Of a stretch of 64,000 bases of DNA, positions 14,961 to 29,531 are shown in pieces. Source of the stretch: Chrysomallon squamiferum (taxonomy: Eukaryota; Animalia; Mollusca); the NCBI GenBank assembly GCA_012295275.1, contig CM022665.1:41974001-42038000 (forward strand), read 5' to 3'. The number at the start of each line of letters is the position of its first letter. Within the stretch, counting starts at the first letter, position 1. Both the position numbers and the translations under genes were made by a program. Below the pieces are notes generated by a model. The model was not told where the DNA came from, searched no databases, and worked only from the letters and a program-made list of their open reading frames with translations.

Positions 14961-15280
14961 ACTCATTTTCGTCTTCCGTGTCACAGTTTCTAGGTCGTTG
15001 GAAAACAATTCAGCGACAGCAGGACTACAAACATATGTGATGGATGTACGCCATTCGCTTGCAGTCCCACCGCCCCTGCTTTGCCATATTCGTTTTACGT
15101 CTCTGGCTGGACTTCAGCAAAGTTTCTTCACTCGCCGAGTTGCGCAATTCTCAGCGTTATTCGTCAACGCTTCGCGCATAGTAGTAATGGCGGCGTGCTA
15201 GTTTTGGCTTTCCGTCACGTGGTCTGTAATATTTAAAAAAAATTTGAAAAACCTTTGTTTTTCGTCAAGTCCTGGATCTA

Positions 15281-15316
<36 letters not shown>

Positions 15317-15492
15317 ATTATTATTGTTGTTGTTGTGTTATTCGTGTTATTATTATCATTACCACCACCATCATCATCATCATCATCGTAATCATTACGT
15401 GTTATTATTATCATTAATACCATCATCATCATCATCATCATCATAACTATTACGTGTTATTATTATCATTACCACCACCATCATCATCATAA

Positions 15493-15524
<32 letters not shown>

Positions 15525-15538
15525 GTTATTGTTATTGC

Positions 15539-15596
<58 letters not shown>

Positions 15597-15660
15597 ATTG
15601 CTGTTGTTATTCTCGATGCTGCTGTTTCTCTTGTTATTATTATTATTATTATTGCTGTCG
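15281..15660 (+). repeat. Compound trinucleotide tract (GAT/TAT/CAT/TTG)n
   Basis: Directly visible; source of the poly-N and poly-L ORFs. Confidence 0.95.
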
Positions 15661-16425
15661 CTGCTATTGCTATCGTTGTCGTTGTTACTGATTATCATGT
15701 TGTCGACGTTTTGTTTCATCGCTAACGTTGTTGATCTTACTTTAATTACTGTTATTACTGTTGTTGACGTTATAACTATCAACAAAATTTGTTGTTTTTT
15801 GTTCATAATCATTGTTGTTGTTGTTGTTGTTGGTAGGGTGGTTGTGGTGGTAATGGCGCTGCTGCTGCTACCGACTTCGTCGTTTATTTATTTATTTATT
15901 TATTTATTTATTCTTGATACTTCACGCCACAAATTGGGTTCGAATAACCCATCAGTCGTCATTACGGTACAACTTTGGTACGGGTCCAATTTGACCTTTT
16001 AATTGCACTGAAGTCGATAATCCATGAAACCGCCACATCACTGAATCGTTTAGCCGTTTCAGTTTACCAAGAAACACGATGTGCGTCTTGTTGTAAGTGG
16101 TGGGGCTGGGGGTTCCTGTTCTTCGTAGCTCGGTTAATGATTTTCTGTGTAATTTAATAGACTTTGTAAAACGACCAGGGTGCGGGCAAGCTAGGTGGCA
16201 AAAAAAACAAAAACAACGTGGTAATATTTGTTCTAGAGTGCAGATTCAATCCCTTTATGTTTGTCATTGTTTGGCAGCAAAAAATCATACGAAAAGCTTT
16301 GTGTAGATCATAAAAAATTCATGCATACGAACATACAGACATAGCTACATGCAGACAGACAAAAGGAATAGAATGTTTTAATCAACCAGCAAGGAGATGA
16401 ATAATTTGATTAAATTTAAAGGGTT

Positions 16426-16654
16426 TAATAATAATAATAATAATAATAATAATAGTAGCAGTAATAGTAGTAGTAGTAATAGGAGTAGTAATAGTAATAG
16501 CAGTAGTATTAGTAGTAATACTACTACTACTAATAATAGTAGTAATAGTAGTAGTAGTAGTAGTAATAATAGTAGTAGTAGTAGTAGTAGTAATAATAAT
16601 AGTAGTAGTAGTAGTAATAGTAGTAGTAGTAGTAGTAGTGGTAATAGTAGTAGA

Positions 16655-16685
<31 letters not shown>

Positions 16686-16781
16686 GTAATAACAATAACA
16701 ATAACAGTAACAATAATAACAATAATAACAACAACAATAATAACAATAATAATAATAACAACAACAACAACAATAATAATA
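16426..16781 (+). repeat. Compound trinucleotide tract (AAT/AGT/AAC)n
   Basis: Directly visible; source of the poly-N/S, poly-L and poly-I/T ORFs. Confidence 0.95.
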
Positions 16782-17316
16782 AAATACACTTGATATCTTG
16801 TTAACATGTACAGACAGTCTGTCTGTCTACGTGTCAGAATATCCGCCCACTCAAATCAGCTCAGTGAACATTTCTCTTGCATCAATCCTCGTTTATTTTC
16901 TTCTGCACTTTTCTAATTTAGAAATGTACTTCGATCTCTAAGTGACGGAAAATAAACAAAATTTTTCGCAGACTGGAAAATACCGAATTACGACCTTTCA
17001 TTCATAAACACTGCTCTAGTGATTGTGAAAAATGAGCTGTCCAGTTTATCTGAAATGTGGTATGAAAAAAGATAATTTTACTTTTTAAAACCTTACGCCT
17101 CAATGAATGAATGAATGAACGAATGAATGAACGAATGAATGAATGAATGAATGAATGAACTGTTTAATGACATCGCTACACGTTTTAATGAAATTGGGTT
17201 ACAGGTTTAAGTCATATGAAGTTTTATTTTTTAAATTTTTAAAATAAAAAAAAATAAAGAATTGAAGTTAAAAAAAATATTTTTAATTTTTTTTTATTGT
17301 TATGATTATTACTCGT

Positions 17317-17385
<69 letters not shown>

Positions 17386-17875
17386 ATATAATTTTTAATT
17401 TTAATTTTAATTATGATGACGAAATTTGCTTGAAAACAGGAAAAAACGCACACATATGCCTTTGATAAACTTTTCGTGAAAAAACCAGCCGGAACGAGAT
17501 ATATTCAAAATGTTTCAACGCTAAGGGTTGACATTTTGACTCATAATATATTCGTCCAGCTTTACATTCAACATTCATTTCTTTCCACGATTTCGTATTC
17601 AAATGTTATTATGGATAGTGTTATGTATCCCGTAGCTGAGATAAATCATAATCCATGTTGCTAAAATCACTACATCTCTCATTTGTATCAATATTTTAAT
17701 ATTAATTTGTCTACCTCCTAGCTGTAAAGAACTTAATTACTGATGTATAACGGTTGATGGTGGATAGCCTCCAATAAAGAATAATTTTATTGTGTTTACT
17801 GACTTCGTTATTGCAGTGGCTTTGGTATCGACCTTTGTGGATCTGCAGTATGTGATTCTGTTTTTCTGAAATTCC

Positions 17876-17911
<36 letters not shown>

Positions 17912-18013
17912 TTAGTATTAGGATTAGTATTAGTATTATTATTATTATCATCATCATCATTATTATCATTATCATTATTATTATCATCATTATTATTATT
18001 ACTATTATTACTA

Positions 18014-18070
<57 letters not shown>

Positions 18071-18674
18071 TTTATTGTGATTGTTTCATTTCATTGATTG
18101 GTTGACTGACTGATTAGTTCTTTGTTTTGTAGGATTTTTGTTGTTGTTGTAGTTGTTGAAATTTCCAGATTCTTCAAGACACAACTGAACATAAAGGATC
18201 CAGTTTAAAAGACGAGTATGATCATGATGATAAAAAAAAAATAACACAAAAAATATATTGAAATCATCATCATCAACATCATCATCATCATCATCATATC
18301 ATCATTACGTCCTTACATTTGTATTTATCAGTTTTCAAGACATCACTGTCATTTACCAATGGTGCGAGAAACGGGATCATTACCCATTCGCAAGCAAAAC
18401 GTGTTATTGGTTTGGTTTATGCAACCTCATGTTTTGTCTCAATCTGTCTTTATTGCTTCCTAATCTGACAGCGAGCGTAGAAATGTGGCAAATCCGCTTA
18501 CACCATCAGAAAAAACGATCGGGTTGATAAATGAAGAAGAATATCTTATTTAACGATTCATTCAACACGTTTTTAATCTACCACCATTTGGATGTCGTCG
18601 TATAAAATGGTCAGTGACCATGCCGAAAAAAAAAAAAGAGAGAGACACGCAGAGAGACAGACAGAAACAGAGAC

Positions 18675-18757
18675 AGATAGACAGAAGGAAAGAGAGACAG
18701 AGAAAGATAGGTAGATAAATAGATAAATAGAAAGATAAATGGATGGATGGATATGCT

Positions 18758-18802
<45 letters not shown>

Positions 18803-18935
18803 TTATAGATAGATAGACAGAAGGAAAGAGAGACAGAGAAAGATAGATAGATAAATAGATAAATAAAAAGATAAATGGATGAATAGATGGATGGATATGC
18901 TTATATATATATATATTTATAGATAGATAGACAGA
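18675..18935 (+). repeat. Tandem duplication of a ~135-bp compound microsatellite unit
   Basis: agatagacagaaggaaagagagacagagaaagatag...gatggatggatatgctt(AT)n-tttatagatagatagacaga occurs twice in succession. Confidence 0.8.
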
Positions 18936-19721
18936 TAAATAAATAAACAGATATATGGATGGATGGATGGATAGATAGACAAAACGAGAGAGAGAATCAG
19001 TCAGTCCATTGCTACCATGCGAGAGAGACAGACAGACGGAGAGAGAGAGAGAAGAAGATAGAGGGAGACATGAAAAAGAGAGATTGAGGAAGAGAGAGAC
19101 GTTGGCAAGAGAGAAAGACGGAGCAACAGCGAATAAAGCCGCTGCTACTTTTTCGATCAATGACAAAGGATATTTTACATTTATCTTCCTACGCACAAGA
19201 AAGCGTTACACAGTCCCAAAGTTTCTCATAAAGCAAAGAAGGAGCAATGAGTTTTGAACGGGAAATAACAACCAAGCTTACTAAACTTTTCCCCACTAAT
19301 TCCAATCCCAATAATTCCTGATCCCCGTGTACACCGTGGAAGACAACACGTCACGCGTGGACTGTAAGCCGTACTTGACTTCGTTAAACAGATAGCTCGC
19401 ATTGATCCCATCCGTTCGATCACTCTAGGCGTCAACGGAAACACGTTTGTTCAAAGTACTGTATTCATACGCCGTTTTAACAAATAGCTTAGTGGCAGTT
19501 ATGACAATCTCTGACGGCGGAAATCGATAACACACAAGACCTAATACATCATTTTTTGTTGTTGTTATAATGGACACGTATAATTATTATTGTACCCCCC
19601 CAAAAAAAAAAAAAAAAGGATGGTACGTCGTCGATTTTTGTTCATGATGGCGGATGATGGTAACGATGTCCCAATAAAAAATATAAATAAATTAAAATAA
19701 TATATATATATATATATATAT

Positions 19722-19770
<49 letters not shown>

Positions 19771-20017
19771 ACATGTTTATGATCTAAGCCCACGACTAAC
19801 GTGCTTGGATCTTCAGTAGATATAATCACATTTCAGATCGTTTTAGAATGGCCGACTGAAAATTAAAATTATTATATATTTTTTGAAAAATTATTACTGT
19901 TATTATCATTATTATTATTAGTAGTAGTAGTAGTAGTAGTAGCAGCAGCAGTAGCAGTAGTAGTAGTATTTAAAACTGACACATAAAATTATGTATGAAT
20001 GTATGTGCGTGTATGAG

Positions 20018-20117
<100 letters not shown>

Positions 20118-21057
20118 ACGAACAGCAAGAAAGGAAATCGAAAAAACCAAAGATCAATAATTCGTGTTTATTTAAAATCAGAGGTTTCGTCTTTTGATTA
20201 ATGACTCGTTGGTAATCACACACAGTTCAGTGAGGCAGCCCACATACAGCATCAAAGGTCCCATGTTTAAATTAAATAGTATTCCATGCATGATAATTGT
20301 TACAAAAACCTAAAAGAGAAAATCTTTTTTTTTATATTCCTCGAACACTGTCACTTTGATTAAACAGATCCATCAAACTGTTAAATAAATTTTAATTTCT
20401 CTGACATCAAATGACTAGAGACGAATAAAAGTGATGATTCTGAACCATTTTTTTTGTTTTTTTTTAATTTTATGTCCCATTCATTTTCATAGCTAAATAA
20501 TACTTCTTTTCTTTTTCTGCTGTGATTACTGAAAAGATTTACGTAATTATAATTCTCGTTATTTTTCAAAATTATCTTTTTCTAAGTCGTTTTTCTGTGT
20601 TCAACCGTGTCTAATGTAAATGTCATAATAAAGCGCAAAACGAAAAGTTTTTTTAAAGCCGCACGAAATAAGGAAATAATTCCAATAAAATGGTATATCT
20701 TCAGTAGCCCGCCATTTTGGGTGGGGCTGTCTATGGTGTTATTTGATTGGCTCATTAAAGAGCTGACTGTTTAGTCGGTCGGTTGGTTGGTTGGTAAGAC
20801 AGTCAGTTGGATAATTTGCATGTAGGGTCACTTACTATTCCTGTTTGTCAGTGCGCATTTCACAGACTTTTTAAAAATCACCAGCATTTAATTTCCTTTT
20901 TCCTTATCCTTTTGTTGTTGTATGTTTGTCTGTCCGCTCATTTGTCACGGTCTCTATCTGCTTATGTCTTTCTGTATATGTTTTTATCTGATATATATCT
21001 ACAGTTACCGATTTTAATTCTCTGATTGTGTGTCTGCCTCTCTGTCTGTGTATCTTT

Positions 21058-21195
<138 letters not shown>

Positions 21196-22949
21196 TGTCT
21201 GTCTGTCTGTCAGTCTCTCGAGAGACATCAGGGGAAATCTGCACAGAACTACTACGTACATGTCGAGAATAATCAACAAGGTGGCAAACATGGCTGATTG
21301 CTAATTTAATCATCTGTTGCCAGTGTAGTAGCCAAGTAATTCGTATATGTTGATTGCATGTCCACGGAAGCGTTCATGAATAGATATTGGACGAAGATAA
21401 GAATAAAGCATTGATATTTCCGAATACAGTTGATGGGTATTTAGACAGAAGGAAAAACAGAGAGACAAATAGTTTAATAGATTAGGCAGGCGAATAGTTG
21501 GAGGGATACACACTCATACATCCAAACATAAATATATAAACACTTTCACCCCCCACACACACACACACACACGCACACATACAGAGAGGGAGAGATATAA
21601 AGAGAGAATACATACTCGCTTATTTATTAACATGTTTCAAACTGATTATTAACTTCAGTATTATAATGAAAGATACACTATATAAAAATGACAAGTAGTT
21701 ACATAATCAGATGTATTATTCGTATTCTTTAGATTCTGAGATTGACAAATTCTTGAACTGATTTTTAGCTCAGAAAGTTTGGTACACGACATCGCTAGAA
21801 AACGCAGGTGACAAATATTTAAATGAATATAAGAAAGAATAATAATTAATAAAAAAATCTTAAGTAAATATGGTTTATACATTTAGAGGAAGTTGGATGT
21901 TTCCGTCAGATGTGGAAATAAGTTTACAGAAGAAGTTGTAGTTCCGGTTTGTCCTGTCTCCGTGGTGTGCGAAGTGTCAACAAATGTTTTGTTACACGAG
22001 TCATAATCGTATTAGCAGTATAGTAGTCGTTGCTGATGCTCGTACTGACAACAGCAGTAATTAAACAATGCTGTTGAAAGTAAATGCAGCAATTATATCA
22101 CTATTTTCTTCTTCTTCTTCTTTTTTTTTTTTTTTTTTTTTTTTGTCTTTTTTTTATAAATCAGTTCCTGACTTTTACCAGGTCGTAAATATTTACAATG
22201 AATCGGATCTCTTAATTCGGCATGTTCTAGATTCTCGTTTTGGAAAGTAATCAATCTAACGAACAGCAGACGACTAACAAAACGTACCTCACAAAAATAT
22301 GGGCCACTCAAGTCACAGGAAGCGGGTCACTCCGCCAGTGGTGGAAACAACACGACAGAAGATGTTGTTTTCCGGTTTACAGGACCTGAGTGATGAGCAA
22401 GGACTCTGAGTGGAATCAATATTTGTGAAGAGTTCCGGGACTCAGAGATGACATTAAAAAAAAAAAAAAAAAAAAGCTGATATCTTGTTCGTGCAAGAGC
22501 CAGGAGATACGGTTTAGTGGTTGCGAAATGCAGAGACATTCAGTACGTTAAAGGATCGATACTTTTTGTACCGCCATTATTAAAACTGTTATACAAGAAA
22601 AAAAAAATGTTGTTGTAATTATTATTATTATTTTTATTTATTTATATATTTATTTGTTTGTTTATTTATTTATTTTGTTTTGTATAATGATGTTTTTTTG
22701 TTTTGTTTTTTTTGTGTTTTTTTTGTTGGAAAGTGCAGTCTTATTGTTCCAGTCAACACAAGCGAGTGCAGTGGTCCAAAAATGAACAAAATTTTATTTA
22801 TTTTATAGAATTTTCTCTTTTTACTTGCATTATTTTATTTTAATACGTTTTTCTTAAAGTGCTGCATCACCAAAAGTGAAATGAACTGACGTTAAACATA
22901 ATATGTCACGTTATCAAAATGTATGTACTACATATTTTACTAAGGTATT

Positions 22950-23055
<106 letters not shown>

Positions 23056-24763
23056 AATATGTATGTATGTATATGAGCTGTACTATAATACGTACAAGAT
23101 TACCAGTTTTCTCTGATCAATACGTAACTGTTACACAGATTACAGAAAACAGCAGAGAAAGTCTGGATATTCTCGTAGTGAAGAAATTTTGATGTGTCAG
23201 TCTCTTTTGATCTGCAACCTTGAGAAATACATATGTGTGTGTTGTCTGTGCATTTTATGCGTAAGTCTGTCATTTCATCCATCGATCTCTTCGTCTGTCC
23301 ATTCTATTTATCGGCACACAACTATTTTCTGTGTAATGGACGTAATAACTGACGTTTTAAATCCTATCAATTTTGCGACATACAATCCCCCCCCCCCCAA
23401 GGCTTTTGTCAGAGAGCGTGCCTGTCGCAGACGAACTTCACAACAGCTTGCTCTGATTAGCACGTTCTTTTTTTTTTTTTTTTTTTTTTCATTCGTTTCA
23501 AAACTTACAAAAATCCAATCTCAAAATGCTAGATCATAAATTTAAACGGTCTAGACTACAAAACACCTGCAATGCACTGCACTGCACAACGGCTACGACA
23601 ACGTGACAAAAGAACAGCACAGAATTTCATTTAACTCAGAAATACTTTGGAGTCTGGTCTCTCATAAAGGGTTACGAGTATAAAGACCCGAGCCGGCCAT
23701 CACGTCACTCTGTTCATTCTAACCGTCTTTTTAGACTGGCCCAAGATGTGACAAGCCAGACACAACATCTTAAATAAAATGAAATTACAGCGCATGGTGT
23801 GTGTCGGCTCAATTAACGCGTTTGATTCGGTTGATTGTTCGCCGATAAGTGCAAGCCTTCGGTGCAAGCTTTTTAATTTGATACAGCTGAGACGAGCTAA
23901 TGCAGGCAATTTGTTAGTGAAGTCCAAACGCAAAAAGATTCGCTAATGAAATCGTCGTCTTTCATATACTCGGCAATAAGAAATTATCTCTTTTGAGGAA
24001 AAAAAAAAAGGAAAAAAAAAAAAAAATAAAAGGACCGTATGTCTCCCTATAATTAACTTAAATTTCGTCATTTCATACGCTGAAATTTATGTAAGTAAGT
24101 AAGTAAGTGAGAAAGTACGTATTTAAACCAACAAACAGATAATAGCTTCTTTAGCCCCTGTTATAAATTTATACATCAAAAATTAATTAAGATATATACG
24201 TGTGTTTTGTTTGGGTGTTTGTTGTTTCATTGCTTGTTTGATTATTATTATTATTATTACTTTATCTGTCTGATTAATCACTGCAACTGTGTAATATATT
24301 CTGATGACTAAATGAAATGTACTACCCATACAGAGAGAAACATTTTGGACATCCAAACTGATAAACAGAAAATTAGATAGACGGATGGGTGGATGGACAA
24401 ATGGACGGAAGCGCAGTCTGACTAACGAGAAGACATAAATGGGTACATCCAACGAAAACAAAGACAATTAAATTCGATATTGGCCTTAAAATGACATTTT
24501 AACAGCAAAATGTACTCCAGCGGTGAATCGTAGAAGGTGTTAATGAAAATGGTCTCCAGTCACCAGTGTTACAGCCAAAGTGCAGACGTCGGGAAAATGC
24601 ACTTTTAGCCGTAACGCCGTAACGAATCCCTGCTGTACAAGATCTTTAGCATGGGATCGAAACGATAATACCGGCGTAAGCTGGAGACCATAAATCCTTA
24701 ACAACACGGAAAGCTTGTGAATGTTAAACACACAGAGAGGGTAAAAAGTACTTTAAAGTGGGC

Positions 24764-24870
24764 TGTTGAACCGAAGCCGTATAATCTTAGGTCTGCAGTT
24801 TAGTAGCGACACAAAAGTAGGTTATTAGGTCATTTCCGTATTCCACCAATAAAATATAAGCAGCAAATAT
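24764..24870 (+). repeat. Diverged dispersed repeat, copy 1 (partner at 27621-27737)
   Basis: gaaccgaagccgtata..tcttaggtctgcagtttagtagcgacac..aggttattaggtcatttcc..ccacca aligns with gaactgaagacgtata..tttcagatctgtactttagtaccatcac..aggtcattaggtcatttccacca. Confidence 0.65.
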
Positions 24871-24902
24871 TTCCTCGCGTACGACTGGTTGCACGATTTT
24901 TA

Positions 24903-24989
24903 TTTTTTTTTTTTTTTTTTTTTTTTACGTTACAAAAGTACGATTATGTGTATTATGTAAATTATGTCTGCTGAATTTCAGGCTTGTTT

Positions 24990-25023
<34 letters not shown>

Positions 25024-25086
25024 GTTACAAAAGTACGATTATGTGTATTATGTAATTATGTCTGCTGAATTTCAGACTTCTTTCAT
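24903..25086 (+). repeat. Tandem duplication of poly(T) plus a ~65-bp unit
   Basis: (T)n-ACGTTACAAAAGTACGATTATGTGTATTATGTAA(A)TTATGTCTGCTGAATTTCAG(G/A)CTT(G/C)TTTCAT at 24927-24992 and 25022-25086. Confidence 0.9.
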
Positions 25087-25221
25087 CTATCATTGATTTT
25101 ACTATTATGAGTCTGAATTTGTATTATTATATTTCAAATATAGATACGTTATTTTGCATGTGTGTATGTATATGTGTATAATTATTTTTTATGAATACAA
25201 AAAATTGAAAGTAATTTTTAT

Positions 25222-25253
<32 letters not shown>

Positions 25254-25801
25254 ATTAATATATAATATCTGTCATAAAAATGAAACTGAAACGGTTCACT
25301 ATATATCTAATAATACACTCATACGTTTACCTTTACGACTGTTACCAAAACGGTTCTTAAATCAGAATTTTCTCCCGATGTCTTAGGAAAGACTAGACTG
25401 ACTCTTTTATACTCAGACTCATAATTTTCTCACTTATCTGCCATTTTGATAGACTCTGGTCCCAGTGGGGTCTGCTATCATTTCTCAAGGTCGCAGGTTA
25501 AAGAAGTGTGGCATGACACACATCGAAATGTCTTCACTGGGGGAACGTCCAGGCATTCTCTATCGTTTTCTTTAATCTCTGTATGCTGAGTGTGCTGAAC
25601 AGAGAAAACTAGTAATCTAGTTCATACTTCATTAACGTTCAAACTGAAGTCATCAAAGCGGTGAATATCCTTTTAGTTAAATAAGCTAGTTTTCTTCTTC
25701 TTCTTCTTCTTCTTATTATTATTATTATTATTACTATCATCATCATCATCGTCATTATTATTATTATTATTATTACTATCATCATCTTCATTATCATCAT
25801 C

Positions 25802-25848
<47 letters not shown>

Positions 25849-26188
25849 TATCATTATTATTATTATTATTAGAGGTACTAACAGTACCAGTTGTTGTTGT
25901 ATTAAACTTAATAATATTATTATCATAAATCACATCATTGATATTGCTGTTGCTTTTAATGTTATCATCAACATTATCATCATTATAATCAGGATTATCA
26001 TCATCATAATCGTAAAAAATAAACCAAAAAATGTAAATTTGAAAAAAATGAAAAAAAGACGAATTTATTCCGAATTGATAACCGAGTTAGCTGATGCGAG
26101 TTTTATTATTATTACCACTGTTATTAAGTACTGTCATCAACACTAGTATCACAATGACTACTGGTGTATCATATAACATTATATACAG

Positions 26189-26456
26189 CAGGGGAACCCA
26201 ATACGCCAATGTAGTGCGAATAGATCGCGCGCCTTCCAGTGCAAGTCATCAGAGTAATAAATGCATTCAGTTGTATTGTGCCATAAAGAGTTCATGTAGT
26301 GATGCCAGGTGCGGCAACAGGATCTGCATACATTAAGTTTACTCAGTACATATACAAATGAATATATTTTTTGCATTTTTTAACACAGGCAGATCATGTT
26401 GACCCGGTCGTTTTTAAAAACGTTGCTTGCAAGCTGAACAAGATGGGCCCCCCTAA
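26189..26456. mobile_element. Short non-autonomous hAT (Charlie-type) DNA transposon / MITE, ~270 bp
   Basis: The left end CAGGGGAACCCAA and right end ATGGGCCCCCCTA form degenerate CAGGGG-type TIRs. The flanking 8-mers ATATACAG (26181-26188) and ATATAGAG (26457-26464) are 7/8 identical with a central TA, the Charlie-type TSD pattern. The subterminal text (GCAGATCATGTTGACCCGGTC...GCTTGCAAGCTGAACAAG) resembles Charlie 3' ends as I recall them; not verified by search. Confidence 0.65.
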
Positions 26457-26489
26457 ATATAGAGTGTACTAATAACAAAATGCAAATCT

Positions 26490-26525
<36 letters not shown>

Positions 26526-27263
26526 TTAATTTTCTTTGTCTTTATTATTATTATTATATTATTTTTTTTTATTTTTATTTTTTATTTTTTTTAATAATAC
26601 GTATCAACTGAAAGAATGCTATTTAAAATTATTAAACTTGAAATTATTTATTTGGTACAATGAGCAAGATGGACTTTATATTATAACAAAAAACCGTATG
26701 CAAAAAAAAAAAAAAAAAAAAAAATGATAATAATGCTGATGATGATGATGGTTATGGTGGCGTAATGATGGTGGGGGTGGTGATAATGACGACGAAGGAC
26801 AAAGTCAAGAATGAAAAACTGATTAATAAACAGAGTTAATGACTTTACAAAATAACAACAAAATATAAATCAATCTGCACTGTAACTGATAAAACAACGC
26901 TGCTAAAAACAACACTGTCCAACAGAGAAATAATTCATTATTACAAAATCGCGAGCGAATTCTATAAACTGTTTTCTTTTTAATCTTAGTTACATAAAGG
27001 CAGTTACAAGTTACATTACCTGTTGTTTGATTTATGGACACGAAGTAGCTGAATGTTTAGAATGTCATTAGCTTAACCAAACAAAATTTCGTTTTTTGTT
27101 CATTAGCCAATCCGAACTGAATAAATTTGAGACTAATTTACAACTTCATTTGCTGAAATAACAATTGGTGTGTTTGCATCAAATACGTTACGTTTTGAAA
27201 TGTTTCTTGTTTTAAAGATAAATAACAATGTCTCTTTCTTTTATTAATAGCTCTGTGTCTGTG

Positions 27264-27418
<155 letters not shown>

Positions 27419-27620
27419 TCTATCGCTTTCGCTCTAAGAAATAACGGTACAGTTGAAACAATAATACCGAGATTAGAAGGAAAATATAAATCATACAAAA
27501 AATAATAATAATAATTAGCGTTTTGAGTACTCCTGTACTTGAAATTTCATAATAATAATAATAACAGAATTTAAAAAAGAGACCCCACCCACCCACCCCA
27601 AAAATGCACCCACTGAGCTT

Positions 27621-27737
27621 CTGTTAAACGAACTGAAGACGTATATGATTTCAGATCTGTACTTTAGTACCATCACAGAAATGTATTAGGTCATTAGGTC
27701 ATTTCCACCATTACAGTTAGATATGTATCGTCAAATA
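27621..27737 (+). repeat. Diverged dispersed repeat, copy 2 (partner at 24764-24870)
   Basis: Same orientation as copy 1 and ~2.9 kb away; shared blocks include tttagta and attaggtcatttcc. Confidence 0.65.
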
Positions 27738-29012
27738 TGGTATATTAAAATGAATAATCAAAACGGATTTAGGTTATCGTAGCTTGGAATTAGGGCTTTC
27801 ATGGAACCTAATAAAAGACGTTAGAAGTACCAAGAAGCGATCTTGTAGTGCAAATAATTTATGGTGGATGAATATCAGCGACTTTAACATATAAACAAGA
27901 ATAAATGTATTTTATCGTCAAAGCTCGTCTTACGTTTAAGCCATCAGCTTACGGAGAAGATTGTCTTAGTGAAAATGAATAACGACCATTATAGAAGGAT
28001 CAATAATTTTGTTAACACATGACCTAGCCGCACGAAGGATCTCGAGCTTTAATGATGCAATGTTAATATTTAGTTGCAACCCAAAACGAGCCTCTCGTAC
28101 GATCTCCTTCGGTTTCGACAGACACGTGATATTTTAATGCAGACGTAAACGACGAAAGGGAAGAAGACTAAAACAGGTAAGTTACTGGTGTACAGTTACT
28201 CATTTTTAGAAGTATACATTTTCACATTCTCAATTTGATATGGTGAAGAAAAAAAGATGTGAAAAAAAAAAAAATTAATAAATAAAAAACCAAACAACAA
28301 AGGAATTAACGATGACTGAAGGTACAAGATACGGATGAACGAGTGAATGAAATTCAAGTAAAGTTAAGTACAGAAAGAACACTAATTCATTTTCCATTGT
28401 TAGTTGCCAGATATTTGATATTTTGACAAGCAATTTTCAGACGAAACCTGCTACTTTTCCCATTATGATTAAAACGTCTGTTGTATGCATAATTCCATGC
28501 ACACGATGTATAATCATTAAAGGGACAGTGTCTGGAACGGGAAATAGCTCGCGCTAGCAATGTAACATTAATCCACGTCATATTCCCGAACTGACAGGAT
28601 GTAGATTATATAATATATAACATTAACCTACAGAGCAACAAACAAAATAATTATTTATAATCCAGAAATAACGAAAGTTAATAATAATTACCCAACCATA
28701 ACGGTTTTTATCTTGTTTTTATTGAGTTAAAACGTATATATATATATATAAAAAAGCCTTTAGTAATTACGCGAAAGGCATAAAGAATAGTTATACACTT
28801 TTCGTTCTGTGATGTGTTATTTATATTTATAACCCATTAAACTTCAAGCACGCCTTCCGTGGGCGCAACGTCGAAAAATAATGGAAGTCCTCTGCACTGA
28901 TTTCCAGTATCTCGTTTCCTCTCGAAAGGAAAACATTAATGTCACCACTTAATCACAATGTCACCGTTATCCGATCTCTCCTGCTGAAAGAAAAGATTAA
29001 CAATGTCCTGAT

Positions 29013-29057
<45 letters not shown>

Positions 29058-29444
29058 AGAAATAAATCGAAAGGAAATCTTCCATTATTGATTTTGGCAA
29101 GTCAGAAGAAGCCCATGGGACCTAACATGGATAATATTTTGTATAGTTTCACCAAAACCTAAACACATCGGTTCAGAACTCTCGTCCTCAAATGATGGGG
29201 ATTAAAACGGTGGGTGAAAAGATGTACTGATGGATAGACGGGTGGAATGCCATGCACAGATACAGATAGACAATCGTAAGATTGACTGACGGTTTAATAT
29301 ACAGAAGGGCAGACGTATACATAAATACGTACATACATTTAACATACATGCATTTTTACATATATGCATACACGCATATACACACGTACATCGTATATAG
29401 CAGCACATCGCAAGATATATATATATATATATATATGTATTCAG

Positions 29445-29531
<87 letters not shown>

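Noticed and set aside
25440-25625. Loose resemblance to a conserved-domain SINE body
   Set aside because: The similarity rests only on vague recollection; no tRNA head, tail or TSD is visible.
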